NCBI GenBank assembly: GCA_002269645.1
Contig: NIVC01002767.1
Span: 62,001 to 126,000 of the forward strand
Source of the DNA: Macrostomum lignano
Lineage: Eukaryota
Direction: 5' to 3'
Length of the DNA: 64,000 nt
How positions within the stretch are numbered: position 1 is the first letter of the stretch; every line of letters begins with the position of its first letter. The translations under genes and the position numbers were made by a program. Under the pieces are notes generated by a model. It was not told where the DNA came from. It did no database searches and saw only the letters and a program-made list of their open reading frames with translations. Positions 50,225 to 63,849 of this stretch are shown here, one piece after another.

Positions 50225-50890
50225 AGCGGGGTTTAGGGGAATCCCTGATTTCTAGGGAAACCTAAATTTTGATGGGAATTCCGAGTTAAAGGGGAATCCC
50301 TACTGTCAATGATAATTCCGAGTTAAGGGGAACCCCTAGTGTCGATGGGAATTCCGAGTTAAGGGAAATCCCTAGTGTCGATGGGAATTCCGAGTTAAGG
50401 GGAATCCCTAGTGTCGATGGGAATTCCGAGTTAAGGGAAATTCCCTAGTGTCAATGGGAATTCCGAGTTAAGGGGAATCCCTAGTGTCAATGGGAATTCC
50501 GAGTTAAGGGGAATCCCTAGAGTCAATAGAATTCCGAGTTAAGGGAATCCCTAGTGTCGATGGGAATTCCGAGTTAAAGGGAAATCCCTAGTGTCGATGG
50601 GAATTCCGAGTTAAGGGAAATCCCTAGTGTCAATGGGAATTCCGAGTTAAGGGGAATCCCTAGTGTCGATAGAATTCCGAGTTAAGGGAATCCCTAGTGT
50701 CAATGGGAATTCCGAGTTAAGGGGAATCCCTAGTGTCGATAGAATTCCGAGTTAAGGGAATCCCTAGTGTCGATGGGAATTCCGAGTTAAGGGAATCCCT
50801 AGTGTCGATGGAAATTCCGAGTTAAAGGGAATCCCTAGTGTCGATGGGAATTCCGAGTTCAAGGGCATCCTCAGTGTCGATGGGAATCCG
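50225..50890. repeat. About 36-bp minisatellite (GGGAATTCCGAGTTAAGGGGAATCCCTAGTGTCGAT)
   Basis: Read directly. Confidence 0.95.
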
Positions 50891-51641
50891 AAATGCTTTA
50901 AGTAGGAATTGTCACAAAGTCCCAATTTGCACGGCGGCGTCTTCGTTCGCGGATAAATAACAGACTATCAATACAGACAGGTGTAATGATAATTAAGTTG
51001 CGCAGTCGATATAATTTTTTGTTTCAATTGGGTGCCCGTGCAAGGCAGCCAGAGAGGAAGCAATTAGAGTTCGGAAACGGCAGCAAGCTGGCAGTTTTGC
51101 AGTAGACGGGCTTTCACAAGAAACTCAAACAAATCAAACGCAGTAAAGAATGCCTGTGCCAAAAAGAACATGAAAATCAACGAGAATAATTTCAATATTT
51201 AATAAATCCTCAATTGCAAAGCAAATATAAGCCAAAATGAATGAAGACAGTCCTACCTACACAGATAAAATGTACAAACAAATGAATTAATTAACCCGGA
51301 AACCAAAAATACCGCGGACCAAAACGTGAATGATATAAAAATTATACACGTATGCAGAATGATGATGATGAGGCTGGAATGCTGGGGCGGAGAAGCACGC
51401 AGCGGTTAATTTTTTATGCACTGTTTTGAAGCATCTTCGTAGTGAGCGGAAAATAACATCTGTTCTGAACTTACAAGCGCAGTTGATAATTCTTTCAAAT
51501 AAGCGGAAAGAGCTCTGTTTAAAATTCAAATCCTTTCGAACTGAGGTCGAACTTGGCTTACAAAATTGAATCAAAGCAACGGTTAAGCAAAGAGAAATAG
51601 CCGGTTTGACATAAAAAACTTCAAATCAAACTGAATCCTGT

Positions 51642-53940
51642 TCAACTGCTCGAAGAGGCCCCGGCGCCAGCGGATGACGAGCCCGCGGTGGCTGCCGAAG
51701 TCGCCGAGGTCGCCGCCTGCTGCTCGGGATCGTCATCGTCAGTGGCTGAAAATTTTTTAATATTGGATTTTCAGGGCACTGAAGAGAGGGTGTCAGATAC
51801 TGTGAATAGGGTGTCAGATACTGTGAATAGGGTGTCAGAGACTGTGAATAGGGTGTCAGATACTGTGAATAGGGTGTCAGATACTGTGAATAGGGTGTCA
51901 GATACTGTGAATAGGGTGTCAGATATTGTGAATAGGGTGTCAGATATTGTGAATAGGGTGTCAGATACTGTGAATAGGATGTCAGATACTGTGAATAGGG
52001 TGTCAGATACTGTGAATAGGGTGTCAGATACTGTGAATAGGGTGTCAGATACTGTGAATAGGGTGTCAGATACTGTGAATAGGGTGTCAGATACTGTGAA
52101 TAGGGTGTCAGATACTGTGAATAGGATGTCAGAGACTGTGAATAGGGTGTCAGAGACTGTGAATAGGGTGTCAGATACTGTGAATAGGGTGTCAGATACT
52201 GTGAATAGGGTGTCAGATACTGTGAATAGGGTGTCAGATGCTGTGAATAGGGTGTCAGATGCTGTGAATAGGGAGTCAGATACTGTGAATAGGGTGTCAG
52301 ATATTGTGAATAGGGTGTCAGATACTATGAATAGGATGTCAGATACTGTGAATAGGGTGTCAGATACTGTGAATAGGGTGTCAGATACTGTGAATAGGGT
52401 GTCAGATACTGTGAATAGGGTGTCAGATATTGTGAATAGGGTGTCAGATACTATGAATAGGATGTCAGATACTGTGAATAGGATGTCAGATACTTTGAAT
52501 AGGGTGTCAGATACTATGAATAGGATGTCAGATATTGTGAATAGGATGTCAGATACTGTAAATAGGGTGTCAGATACTGTGAATAGTGTGTCAGATACTG
52601 TGAATAGTGTGTCAGATACTGTGAATAGTGTGTCAGATACTGTGAATAGGGTGTCAGATACTGTGAATATGGTGTCAGATACTGTGAAAAGGGTGTCAGA
52701 TACTGTGAATAGGGTGTCAGATACTGTGAATATGGTGTCAGATACTGTGAATAGGGTGTCAGATGCTGTGAATAGGATGTCAGATACTGTGAATAGGGTG
52801 TCAGATACTGTGAATATGGTGTCAGATACTGTGAATAGGATGTCAGATGCTGTGAATAGGGTGTCAGATGCTGTGAATAGGGAGTCAGATACTGTGAATA
52901 GGGTGTCAGATATTGTGAATAGGGTGTCAGATACTATGAATAGGATGTCAGATACTGTGAATAGGGTGTCAGATACTGTGAATAGGGTGTCAGATACTGT
53001 GAATAGGGTGTCAGATACTGTGAATAGGGTGTCAGATATTGTGAATAGGGTGTCAGATACTATGAATAGGATGTCAGATACTGTGAATAGGGTGTCAGAT
53101 ACTACGAATAGGGTGTCAGATATAGAGAATTGGGTGTCAGATGCAGAGAATCGGGGGTCAGGCACTCACCCAATCTGTGATAGTTAATAACTAAGCTGGG
53201 CGTCCGCCTGTGCCCGTCGCCCGGCTTGACGCTGATGTTGATGCTGGAGTGCGGGTTGTCGGGGATCAGCACGGACACCAGGATGGCCAGCAGCACCAGC
53301 ACGGCTCCGAAAGCGAACGGCGGGCCTGGCATGATGGCCTTGTTGAAGTTGTGCATTCGCTGCTGCCAGCTCAGGGCGGTGACGCCTGCCGATGCGACCT
53401 GGAAGTTTATGGCAGATAAAATCCTTTTCGTTTAATATGGGCTGCCCAACAGCAAATCAAAACAGTCTCTCTACTGATTTAACCTATTGGGATTTGGAAA
53501 ATTATTGGATATTTAAACCTCTGTAGAATTCGATGCTAGATAGTCTGGGAGGCATGGATTAAGTAACAGATAGACAGACAGACACTATGACGCAAGAAGG
53601 GCAGACACTAAAACGCAAGAGAAACGATGCTAAGACTGACAGATGGACAGACAGACATACAGACAAACAGACAGACAGAAACAGGCAGACAGAAACAGAC
53701 AGACAGAAAGACAGACAGACAGAAACAGGCAGACAGACAGAAACAGGCAGACAGACAGACAGACAGAAACAGACAGACAGACAGAAACAGACAGTCAGAC
53801 AGACAGACAGACAGACAGACAGAAACAGGCAGACAGACAGAAACAGGCAGACAGACAGAAACAGACAGACAGACAGAAACAGACAGACAGACAGAAACAG
53901 ACAGACAGACAGACAGACAGACAGAAACAGACAGACAGAA

Positions 53941-53971
<31 letters not shown>

Positions 53972-56900
53972 GGCAGGCAGGCAGGCAGACAGAGAAAAAG
54001 ACAGCAGAGAAGGACACTAGAAAGTCTAGAAGGACACAAGCAGACACAAGGCAGACGCAAGTCAGACACCCCTAAAAGAAGCAGACCAACCGTAGCAGCT
54101 GCAGTCCGATTGGCGGCGCCAGCCAGGCCGGGAATGAGCGGCGAGGAGGCCATTTTAGGCGCGTCATTTAAGTCCACCTCGAACACGTAGAAGATGAAGC
54201 CGAACAGGGCCGGGCCGAGGCCGTTGCACAGGCCGCGGATGCCGGTCAGGATGCCCTGGGCGACGCCCTGCTGGTCCTGCTCGGCGTGGTTGGACACGAA
54301 GGCGGAGATGGCCGGGTAGGTGATGCTGCCCAGAGCGGCCAGGCAGCCGGCCAGCCAGAGCAGGAAAGTCTTAGAGGAGAATCCGTAGATGCCCATCTGC
54401 AGCATGTGGAACACCAGGCCAATCATGATTGTCCGCTTCGGGCCGCAGTGCTTGATTAAAAAGCTCAGGCCGGCTGTCTGGGCAATGCAGGACAGAATGC
54501 CCACAACGCAGATGAAATACGCCACGCCCTCCTCTGAGAAGCCCATGATGAGGCGAAGGTAGACAAAGAAGCAGGTGTACTCGCCGGCCTCGGGCAGGTA
54601 GCTCAGAAAGGTGGTGATGCACAGCATCAGAATGAGCTGGTCGGCGCCCATCTTGCGCAGCGAGGAGAACGGATCGGCCTTGGCCCAGCTGATCTGCGAG
54701 CCCCAGGCAACGCAGCGGTTCTTCTCTGATAGGGACTCTGGCACCACCTGCGGGCGGGGGTTCGATTCCGGCTTTTATTGTCTGACTTTATAGCCTCTTT
54801 AAGCATCTGTTTACTATAGGATTGCAGCCTGTTTATGCATCTGTTTACTATGAGGTTGCAGCTTGTTTATGCATCTGTTTACTATGAGATTCCAGCCTGT
54901 CGATGCATCTGTTTACAGTGGGATTGCAGCCTGTTTAAGCATCTGTTTACTATGAGATTCCAGCCTGTTTATGCATCTGTTTACTATGAGATTCCAGCCT
55001 GTTTATGCATCTGTTTACTATGAGATTCCAGCTTGTTGATGCATCTGTTTACAGTGGGATTGCACCCTGTTTAAGCATCTGTTTACTATGAGATTCCAGC
55101 CTGTTTCAAAGCTGAGTAAAAATCCCAAAGCTCAAGAATTGCAGCCCGCAGTCTCACTGTCAGTATAAAGAAGATGTCCAGCAGAGCCACAAACGTGGCC
55201 AGAGCCACTACAAAGTTGTCGCTATACAATTTGCCCAGGTGGGCGCCAATTGCCGGAGAAGTGATGAGGCTGGCAGCGAAGCTGGCCGAGACGAGGCCGT
55301 AGGCCCAGCTGCGGTCCTCCTCGGTGGTCACGTCCGACACGTAGGCGAACACAACGGAGAAGGTGACGGAGAAGATGCCGGACACGGTGATCAAAGTGAA
55401 GTACCACCAGTGTGACACGTGCATAAAGGGGATTGGGGAACAGGTGAAAAACACCGTCACCAATAGAAAAGTTTTGCGGCCGAACACGTCTGACAGAGCG
55501 CCGACCAGGGGAGCGGCCAGGAAGGAGAGGAAGCCCTGCAATGAGTTTAAGTTTCGCAGTACATACGCTATTGAACTACTACTTGTTATTCAGTAGCAAT
55601 CAATTGTGAAGCAATCAGTTGGAGTATCAATTTTGCTGAGACTTTACAAGCTCGAAGCTTCACAAGCTCGAAGCTTCACAAGCTCGAAGCTTCACAAGCT
55701 CGAAGCTTCACAAGCTCGAAGCTTCACAAGCTCGAAGCTTCACAAGCTCGAAGCTTCACAAGCTCGAAGCTTCACAAGCTCGAAGCTTCACAAGCTCGAA
55801 GCTTCACAAGCTCGAAGCTTCACAAGCTCGAAGCTTCACAAGCTCGAAGCTTCACAAGCTCGAAGCTTCACAAGCTCGAAGCTTCACAAGCTCGAAGCTT
55901 CACAAGCTCGAAGCTTCACAAGCTCGAAGCTTCACAAGCTCGAAGCTTCACAAGCTCGAAGCTTCACAAGCTCGAAGCTTCACAAGCTCGAAGCTTCACA
56001 AGCTCGAAGCTTCACAAGCTCGAAGCTTCACAAGCTCGAAGCTTCACAAGCTCGAAGCTTCACAAGCTCGAAGCTTCACAAGCTCGAAGCTTCACAAGCT
56101 CGAAGCTTCACAAGCTCGAAGCTTCACAAGCTCGAAGCTTCACAAGCTCGAAGCTTCACAAGCTCGAAGCTTCACAAGCTCGAAGCTTCACAAGCTCGAA
56201 GCTTCACAAGCTCGAAGCTTCACAAGCTCGAAGCTTCACAAGCTCGAAGCTTCACAAGCTCGAAGCTTCACAAGCTCGAAGCTTCACAAGCTCGAAGCTT
56301 CACAAGCTCGAAGCTTCACAAGCTCGAAGCTTCACAAGCTCGAAGCTTCACAAGCTCGAAGCTTCACAAGCTCGAAGCTTCACAAGCTCGAAGCTTCACA
56401 AGCTCGAAGCTTCACAAGCTCGAAGCTTCACAAGCTCGAAGCTTCACAAGCTCGAAGCTTCACAAGCTCGAAGCTTCACAAGCTCGAAGCTTCACAAGCT
56501 CGAAGCTTCACAAGCTCGAAGCTTCACAAGCTCGAAGCTTCACAAGCTCGAAGCTTCACAAGCTCGAAGCTTCACAAGCTCGAAGCTTCACAAGCTCGAA
56601 GCTTCACAAGCTCGAAGCTTCACAAGCTCGAAGCTTCACAAGCTCGAAGCTTCACAAGCTCGAAGCTTCACAAGCTCGAAGCTTCACAAGCTCGAAGCTT
56701 CACAAGCTCGAATCTAAACTTCAAAAGCCCCAAACTTCAAAAGCTACTCACCTTCACGCCTTGAATAAGGCCGTTCATAAGGAATTTATGCGCCGGAAAC
56801 GTCTCCTCGAGCACGTTGATCATGGGATTAGTGAGCAGGCCCCAGGCGAAGAATTCTAGGAATATCACGATTAGAGCGTGATAAACTGACGGCTTCTGAA

Positions 56901-58694
56901 AGAATGACGCCTGCGGATTGGAGAAAGAGGCCGTTTTGATAGTGAATTGGCCGCGCGCTCGTTTAAACAAGTAAATTATGCAAAAAAATCAACGCAGATT
57001 TTTGCCGTCTAAAAGCTGAACAATTCATAATTCTACAGATTATAAAGAAAAACAGATAGCATATGAGCCAGTTTGCTGATTGAGGCAATGATTTCCAACA
57101 CTAGGTTCATGCTTAATTTAGGCCAACCGGATAAATACGACCGTAATTAATAAATATTCAAACTACTAATAAAATATTGATCCCATGCTACTCCCCCCAG
57201 TCTGATCCCATGCTACTCCCCCAGTCTGATCCCATGCTACTCCCCCAGTCTGATCCCATGCTACTCCCCCAGTCTGATCCCATGCTACTCCCCCAGTCTG
57301 ATCCCATGCTACTCCCCACCCCAGTCTGATCCAGTCATGCTACTCCACTCACTATGATCCCAAAATACACCCCAGTCTGATCCCATGCTACTCCCCACCC
57401 CAGTCTGATCCAGTCATGCTACTCCACTCACTATGATCCCAAAATACACCCCAGTCTGATCCCATGCTACTCCCCCAGTCTGATCCCATGCTACTCCCCA
57501 CCCAGTCTGATCCCATGCTACTCCCCCAGTCTGATCCCATGCTACTCCCCACCCAGTCTGATCCCATGCTACTCCCCACCCAGTCTGATCCCATGCTACT
57601 CCCCACCCAGTCTGATCCCATGCTACTCCCCACCCAGTCTGATCCCATGCTACTCCCCACCCGTCTGATCCCATGCTACTCCCCACCCAGTCTGATCCCA
57701 TGCTACTCCCCACCCAGTCTGATCCCATGCTACTCCCCACCCAGACTGATACCATGCTACTCCCCCAGTCTGATCCCATGCTACTCCCCACCCAGTCTGA
57801 TCCCATGCTACTCCCCACCCAGACTGATACCATGCTACTCCCCCAGTCTGATCCCATGCTACTCCCCCAGTCTGATCCCATGCTACTCCCCCAGTCTGAT
57901 CCCATGCTACTCCCCCAGTCTGATCCCATGCTACTCCCCCAGTCTGATCCCATGCTACTCCCCACCCCAGTCTGATCCAGTCATGCTACTCCACTCACTA
58001 TGATCCCAAAATACACCCCAGTCTGATCCCATGCTACTCCCCACCCAGTCTGATCCCATGCTACTCCCCACCCAGTCTGATCCCATGCTACTCCCCACCC
58101 AGACTGATACCATGCTACTCCCCACCCAGTCTGATCCCATGCTACTCCCCACCCAGTCTGATCCCATGCTACTCCCCACCCAGTCTGATCCCATGCTACT
58201 CCCCACCCAGACTGATACCATGCTACTCCCCCAGTCTGATCCCATGCTACTCCCCACCCCAGTCTGATCCAGTCATGCTACTCCACTCACTATGATCCCA
58301 AAATACACCCCAGTCGGATCCCATGCTATTCCACTCACTATGACCTCAAATTACATTTATTACATTTAAAACATAAAGTGCAAGTAAAAGCGCATATTGA
58401 AATCAGCAATTAATTATTACACTGCTGACTAGCTGTATTAGCACTATTAGTAGTATGACTGGAATATAACAATTTTAAGGCACTTAAATATCAGCTTACC
58501 GATGAGCACTGTAGGTTAATATCATAAATATAGAGAAGGGAAATTATTAGCATAAAATACGCGAAAAGCTGGACGCTGCGGCAGGAATACGCACACACGG
58601 GACATCAGCGAGTACTTACATCTGAGCGCTTAGTCCAGTCTAGAAAGGCCATGGGATTATACTTCTTCTTGTGCTTGGCCCGGTATAGATGCAT
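51642..58694 (-). CDS. MFSD14A: MFS transporter MFSD14/HIAT1 (about 533 aa, 6 exons)
   Basis: Exons 58694-58620 (tentative), 56910-56752, 55535-55158, 54747-54091, 53398-53170, 51745-51642. PSVYHALIVIFLEFFAWGLLT..FLMNGLIQGVK|GFLSFLAAPLVGALSDVFGRK..YLPEAGEY..SITYPAISAFVS..QQGVAQGILTGIRGLCNGLGPALFG..PGPPFAFGA. A/B paralog naming is vertebrate-specific. Confidence 0.93.
51785..53160. repeat. 21-bp minisatellite (GTCAGATACTGTGAATAGGGT)
   Basis: Read directly; last MFSD14 intron. Confidence 0.98.
53565..53995. repeat. Degenerate (ACAG)n microsatellite
   Basis: Read directly. Confidence 0.95.
54780..55110. repeat. About 34-bp tandem repeat (GCATCTGTTTACTATGAGATTCCAGCCTGTTTAT)
   Basis: Read directly. 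Confidence 0.92.
55647..56712. repeat. Perfect 16-bp minisatellite (CAAGCTCGAAGCTTCA), about 66 copies
   Basis: No variant units seen. Confidence 0.98.
57175..58340. repeat. Compound about 22-27-bp minisatellite (CCCAGTCTGATCCCATGCTACTCC..) with interspersed higher-order unit
   Basis: Read directly. Confidence 0.95.
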
Positions 58695-58861
58695 AATATG
58701 CCTGACTGCGGCTGTTAGCAATATGCCAGTTAATTATTGCTAACCATGCGGCTGCAATGCGATTGATTGGGCTCAGTTATAAGGCTTGGATTGTTCAGTT
58801 ACACTGAACTATTTATTGAACATGGAACATAGTTTCATGATCCCATTCTAGGCCAATGGAG

Positions 58862-59325
58862 TAAGGTAGCGGTCCAATCAGGACACAGGAATATGGAGTG
58901 AGGTGGTAGCGGTCCAATCAGGACACAGGAATATGGAGTGAGGTGGTAGCGGTCCAATCAGGACACAGGAATATGGAGTGAGTTGGTAGCGGTCCAATCA
59001 GGACACAGGAATATGGAGTGAGTTGGTAGCGGTCCAATCAGGACACACGAATATGGAGTGAGGTGGTAGCGGTCCAATCAGGACACACGAATATGGAGTG
59101 AGGTGGTAGCGGTCCAATCAGGACACAGGAATATGGAGAGAGGTGGTAGCGGTCCAATCAGGACACAGGAATATGGATTGAGGCGGTAGCGGTCCAATCA
59201 GACACAGAAATTAGGGGTGAGATGTTAGCGGTCCAATCAGGACACAGGAATATGGAGTGAGGTGGTGGGTGGCCCAATCAGGACACAGGAATATGGAGTG
59301 AGGTGGTGGGTGGCCCAATCAGGGG
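58862..59325. repeat. 40-bp minisatellite, 12 copies each containing CCAATCAG
   Basis: GTAGCGGTCCAATCAGGACACAGGAATATGGAGTGAGGTG. Confidence 0.95.
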
Positions 59326-59954
59326 ACAGACTGCACGGGTGTATTAAAAAGTCTATAAGAGACAATAAGAGTTGACTAGGTCATACTAAAAAATCTACAG
59401 CCAGACTTCCAATCTAGATAATTATTATGCCTACTAAAAGTACACAGAGAAGTGCCACATTATTCGAGGCAATACGAATGAATCACAGGAAGCCAGCACA
59501 CAAAAATAAAGCCCACAGATACATATCTTTGCATCTGTATGATATATTTTTTGTTTTAAACAACATTGCATTTGATCGAAACTCTTGGAAAAATTTAAGC
59601 ATCAGTTTTTCAGTTAAAATCTTACATACAGCCATAAATTAGGCGCACAATTTAAACTCAACTACAAAACAGGATTAAAACAGCTCTACGAGTATTAATA
59701 TTGTACATCAAATCAAGCATGACGAATGAGATTATGAAAATACGAAAAACACAGCACTGGGGTGTTATTAAGCATACTGAACTGGCAATAGCCAACACTG
59801 TGGCCAGAAAGCTGGGTAAAAACTACGGGGCGAAAAAAGCATTGCACAAACAGAAAAACCCATTTATTCAATAGCAGCTGATGGCGATGAAGTATCATAT
59901 TGCTTTTTACTGCAATAAAAGTTAATTGCTATTTTTAGGAATTTTTTGTTGATA

Positions 59955-60570
59955 TCATTGGCTGGCCAGGCTCACTGTTACAGCCACCTCACCCCCATCT
60001 CTTCTGATTGGCTGGTCAGATTCACTGTTACAGCCACCTCACCCCTATCTCTTCTGATTGGCTGGTCAGGTTTACTGTTACAGCCACCTCATTTCTATCT
60101 CTTCTGATTGGCTGACAGGCCCACTGTACAGCCACCTCACTCCTATCTCTTCTGATTGGCTTGTCAGGTTTACTGTTACAGCCACCTCATTTTTTATCTC
60201 TTCTGATTGGCTGACAGGCCCACTGTACAGCCACCTCACCCCTCTCTTCTGATTGGCTGGTAGGCCCACTGTTACAGCCACCTCACTCCCATCTCTTCTA
60301 ATTGGCTGGTCAGGTCCACTGTTACAGCCACCTCACCGGCCTCATCTCTTCTGATTGGCTGGCCAGACCCACTGTTACAGCCACCTCACTCCTATCTCTT
60401 CTGATTGGCTAGCAGGCCCACTGTACAGCCACCTCACCCCTCTCTTCTGATTGGCTGGTAGGCCCACTGCTACAGCCACCTCATCCCCATCTCTTCTGAT
60501 TGGCTGGCCAGGCCCACTCGAGCCACCTCTCTCCTCACCATCTAATTCCGCGGTCTCTGATTGGCTACCT
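59955..60570. repeat. About 50-bp minisatellite, about 13 copies each containing (TG)ATTGGCT
   Basis: CTCTTCTGATTGGCTGG..CCCACTGTTACAGCCACCTCA units. Confidence 0.93.
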
Positions 60571-60582
60571 GCCAATTGTGGA

Positions 60583-61405
60583 TCACTTCTCCAGCACAAC
60601 AGCGCGCAGAATTTCAACAAGCAGCTGAGGCGGCAGGCGCAGGAGCGTAGCCGACTGCTCACCGTCCACAATGCGCCTAGCATTCTTAGCCACAATTCTT
60701 AGCGCGTGCGATTTAACGCCTTGAGATTTGATAACATCAGCGGCTTCGAGAATAGTGAGCACATTATCGGGCGAAATATTGACCTCGATATTCTGCTTGC
60801 AGTAGGCCTGCAGCCTGTCATTAGCGAAGTTGTAATAGTCGCAGGCGTTGGCAATGTACATGAGGTCGGCCGGCGGCATGCTCATATCGCCGCAGTAGAT
60901 GTAGCGCAGCAGATTGCTGAAGGCCTGCTTGGTTGGCACGAATTTGCCGAAGCTCACCTCAACCACATCGTCCTTGGGTGGAAAGGAGCGAAACAGGGCT
61001 TCGAAGTAGCCACAGCGGGCGGCCAGAACGGCCCGATGGGCGGAGATTCGATGTTCGCCTAGCAACAGAGTCACGTCCGAATAGTCCGGCCCCACCGTGC
61101 TCAGAAAGATGGCCATATCTTTCTTTAAGCTGTTCGTGTGCTCGAGAATGTCGCGCTTGTGCGCGTCGATAATCCGATTAGCAGAGTTGGCCGCCGACAC
61201 AGCGCCACTCGGCGAGGCGGCAAAACGTTCGCGACGCCGGACAACTTCCAGGATTAGCGGCTTGTCCAGCTCTTCGAACTCGCGGCTGTAAGGAGTTTTG
61301 GGGTTTGTTTATGCCAGGGCTGGTGCCTGTCCGCATCTGCTGTCTACGAGCGTAGTCTGTCTGTCTTAGTGTCTGTATGTCTGTCTGTCTGTCTTAGTGT
61401 CTGTA

Positions 61406-61438
<33 letters not shown>

Positions 61439-61489
61439 TAGTGTCTGTATGTCTGTCTGTCTGTCTGTCTGTCTTAGTGTCTGTATGTA

Positions 61490-61522
<33 letters not shown>

Positions 61523-61667
61523 TAGTGTCTGTATGTGTGTCTATCTGTCTGTATGTCTGTCTATCTGTCTGTCTGTCTGTCTTAGTGTCTGTCTGTTTGT
61601 CTGTCTTTATGTATGTCTGTCTATCTGTCTGTCTGTCTGTCTTAGTGTCTGTATGTATGTCTGTCTA

Positions 61668-61698
<31 letters not shown>

Positions 61699-61727
61699 TA
61701 GTGTCTGTATGTATGTATGTCTGTCTA

Positions 61728-61790
<63 letters not shown>

Positions 61791-61917
61791 GTCTTAGTGT
61801 CTGTATGTATGTCTGTCTATCTGTCTGTCTGTCTTTCTGTCTGTCATAGTGTCTGTATGTATGTATGTCTGTCTATCTGTCTGTATGTCTGTCTATCTGT
61901 CTGTCTGTCTGTCTTAG

Positions 61918-61954
<37 letters not shown>

Positions 61955-62003
61955 TTATGTATGTCTGTCTATCTGTCTTAGTGTCTGTATGTATGTCTGT
62001 CTA

Positions 62004-62069
<66 letters not shown>

Positions 62070-63775
62070 GGCCCGTCTGCCTGTCTGTCTATCTGTCTGC
62101 CTGCCTGCCTGTCTGACACAATCATGAAGTGAACAGTGACACAATATTGTAGACAACAGGCGATGTCTTCCTGTCTGTCTGTCTATCTGCCCGTTCGTCT
62201 GTCTATCCATTAATTTTAAAAAGCAAGCCACTGCACCCCGAGCAACTAACCTGTGTATAACAGATTTATAGACGGAATCCTTGGTCATAAAGTTCAAGCA
62301 GTACTCTTTAACGGGCACTTGGCCCAATTCGCTAGCCCGCTCGTAGGTCACAACAACATTGCGATCGTTGATGCAGGACTCCAGATACTGCGTGACAACG
62401 TGCTGCAGCCTGGACATCTGGAACTGCAGGGCCAGCTGGTAGACCTGCATCATCAGCAGGATAGTGGCCGTGTTCTGCATGTCCTCGGCATTCTCGACCG
62501 GCTGCAGCTGGTCGGTGTACACAAAGGACAGAATCAGGCGGAAGGCGGTGGGATCGGTCTCGGGCAGACGGACACGCAGAGGACCGGACTGCGGCTGCTG
62601 GCCGGCCGCCTGCTGAGCCGCCGCCTGACGGGCCTCGCGAATTCGATTGATGAGAAAGCAGGACCTGCGGGCAGGGGTGGGTCAGTTTCTTAGAACCCCA
62701 TTGGCATACTGTTAAGTCCCATGTTTCTAAGAATCTTATTGCCTAATCCCATATTTCTAAGAATCTTATTGCCTAATCCCATATTTCTAAGAATCTTATT
62801 GCCTAATCCCATATTTCTAAGAATCTTATTGTTTAATTCCATATTTCTAAGAATCTTATTGTCTTAATCCCATATTTCTAAGAATCTTATTGTCTTAATC
62901 CCATATTTCTAAGAATCTTATTGCCTAATCCCATATTTCTAAGAATCTTATTGCCTAATCCCATATTTCTAAGAATCTTATTGCCTAATCCCATATTTCT
63001 AAGAATCTTATTGCCTAATTCCCATATTTCTAAGAATCTTATTGCCTAATCCCATATTTCTAAGAATCTTATTGCCTAATTCCCATGTTTCTAAGAATCT
63101 TATTGTTTAATTCCATATTTCTAAGAATCTTATTGCCTAATTCCCATGTTTCTAAGAATCTTATTGTTTAATTCCATATTTCTAAGAATCTTATTGCCTA
63201 ATTCCCATGTTTCTAAGAATCTTATTGTTTAATTCCATATTTCTAAGAATCTTATTGCCTAATCCCATATTTCTAAGAATCTTATTGCCTAATTCCTATG
63301 TTTCTAAGAATCTTTTAGCAATACAATTTTGACTTTTAAAATTTCATAAATATGCCCTTATAGAACCCTATTGACAAATCCGATATATCCAAGAATTTTA
63401 TTACACAATCTAAATATTTCGGCCACATTCCATTAGAAACCCTCTTCCCTACCAGCTCAAAATCTAAAAAATATAAGCATTCCCCAGACCAATAAGATAC
63501 AATAAAACTCAAGCCGCACCTGGCAGCCAGGAAGCACTGGTGCGCCATGATCGACTGCTTATCAGGGCCAACAAGGAACTCAACATCGCACAGCATGTTA
63601 CTCTGCAACAGTCTGCCAAAATCGTCCTGCAGCGTGCAGCGGGGATAGCTGGACAGCTGGATTCTGTACATGTCGCCGCTGAATAGGTTCTTTTCAACAT
63701 TGCCGCCGAATATGTACATGCTGGAGTCCACCAGCACTGCGCTGTGGTACAGCCGGCCGTCTGGTACGCGACTGC
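60583..63775 (-). CDS. LZTR1: Leucine zipper-like transcriptional regulator 1 (Kelch-BTB-BACK-BTB-BACK), last three exons; 5' part lies beyond the window
   Basis: Exons 63775-63520, 62664-62251, 61285-60583. GRLYHSAVLVDSSMYIFGG..MYRIQLSSYPRCTLQDDFGRL..CDVEF; SREFEELDKPLILEVVRRR; second BTB YSDVTLLL..AHRAVLAARCGYFEALFRSF..NRLQAYCKQNIE. Confidence 0.93.
61335..62115. repeat. Degenerate (CTGT)n microsatellite in an LZTR1 intron
   Basis: Read directly. Confidence 0.95.
62715..63315. repeat. About 30-bp minisatellite (TTTCTAAGAATCTTATTGCCTAATCCCATA)
   Basis: Read directly. Confidence 0.96.
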
Positions 63776-63849
63776 CTGCAGTTGCAGTGGATGGATTTAA
63801 CAGCTTTCAGATCACTCTGATAGTTCTTATAGCCTGTCTTCTTCACCAT

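Noticed and set aside
51688-53187. 499-aa and 464-aa SDTVNRV/SDTLFTV repeat ORFs
   Set aside because: 21-bp array lying between a valid donor (53169) and acceptor (51746) of MFSD14.
55606-56859. 417-aa KLEASQARSFTSSKLH ORF
   Set aside because: Translation of the 16-bp array, antisense to an MFSD14 intron.
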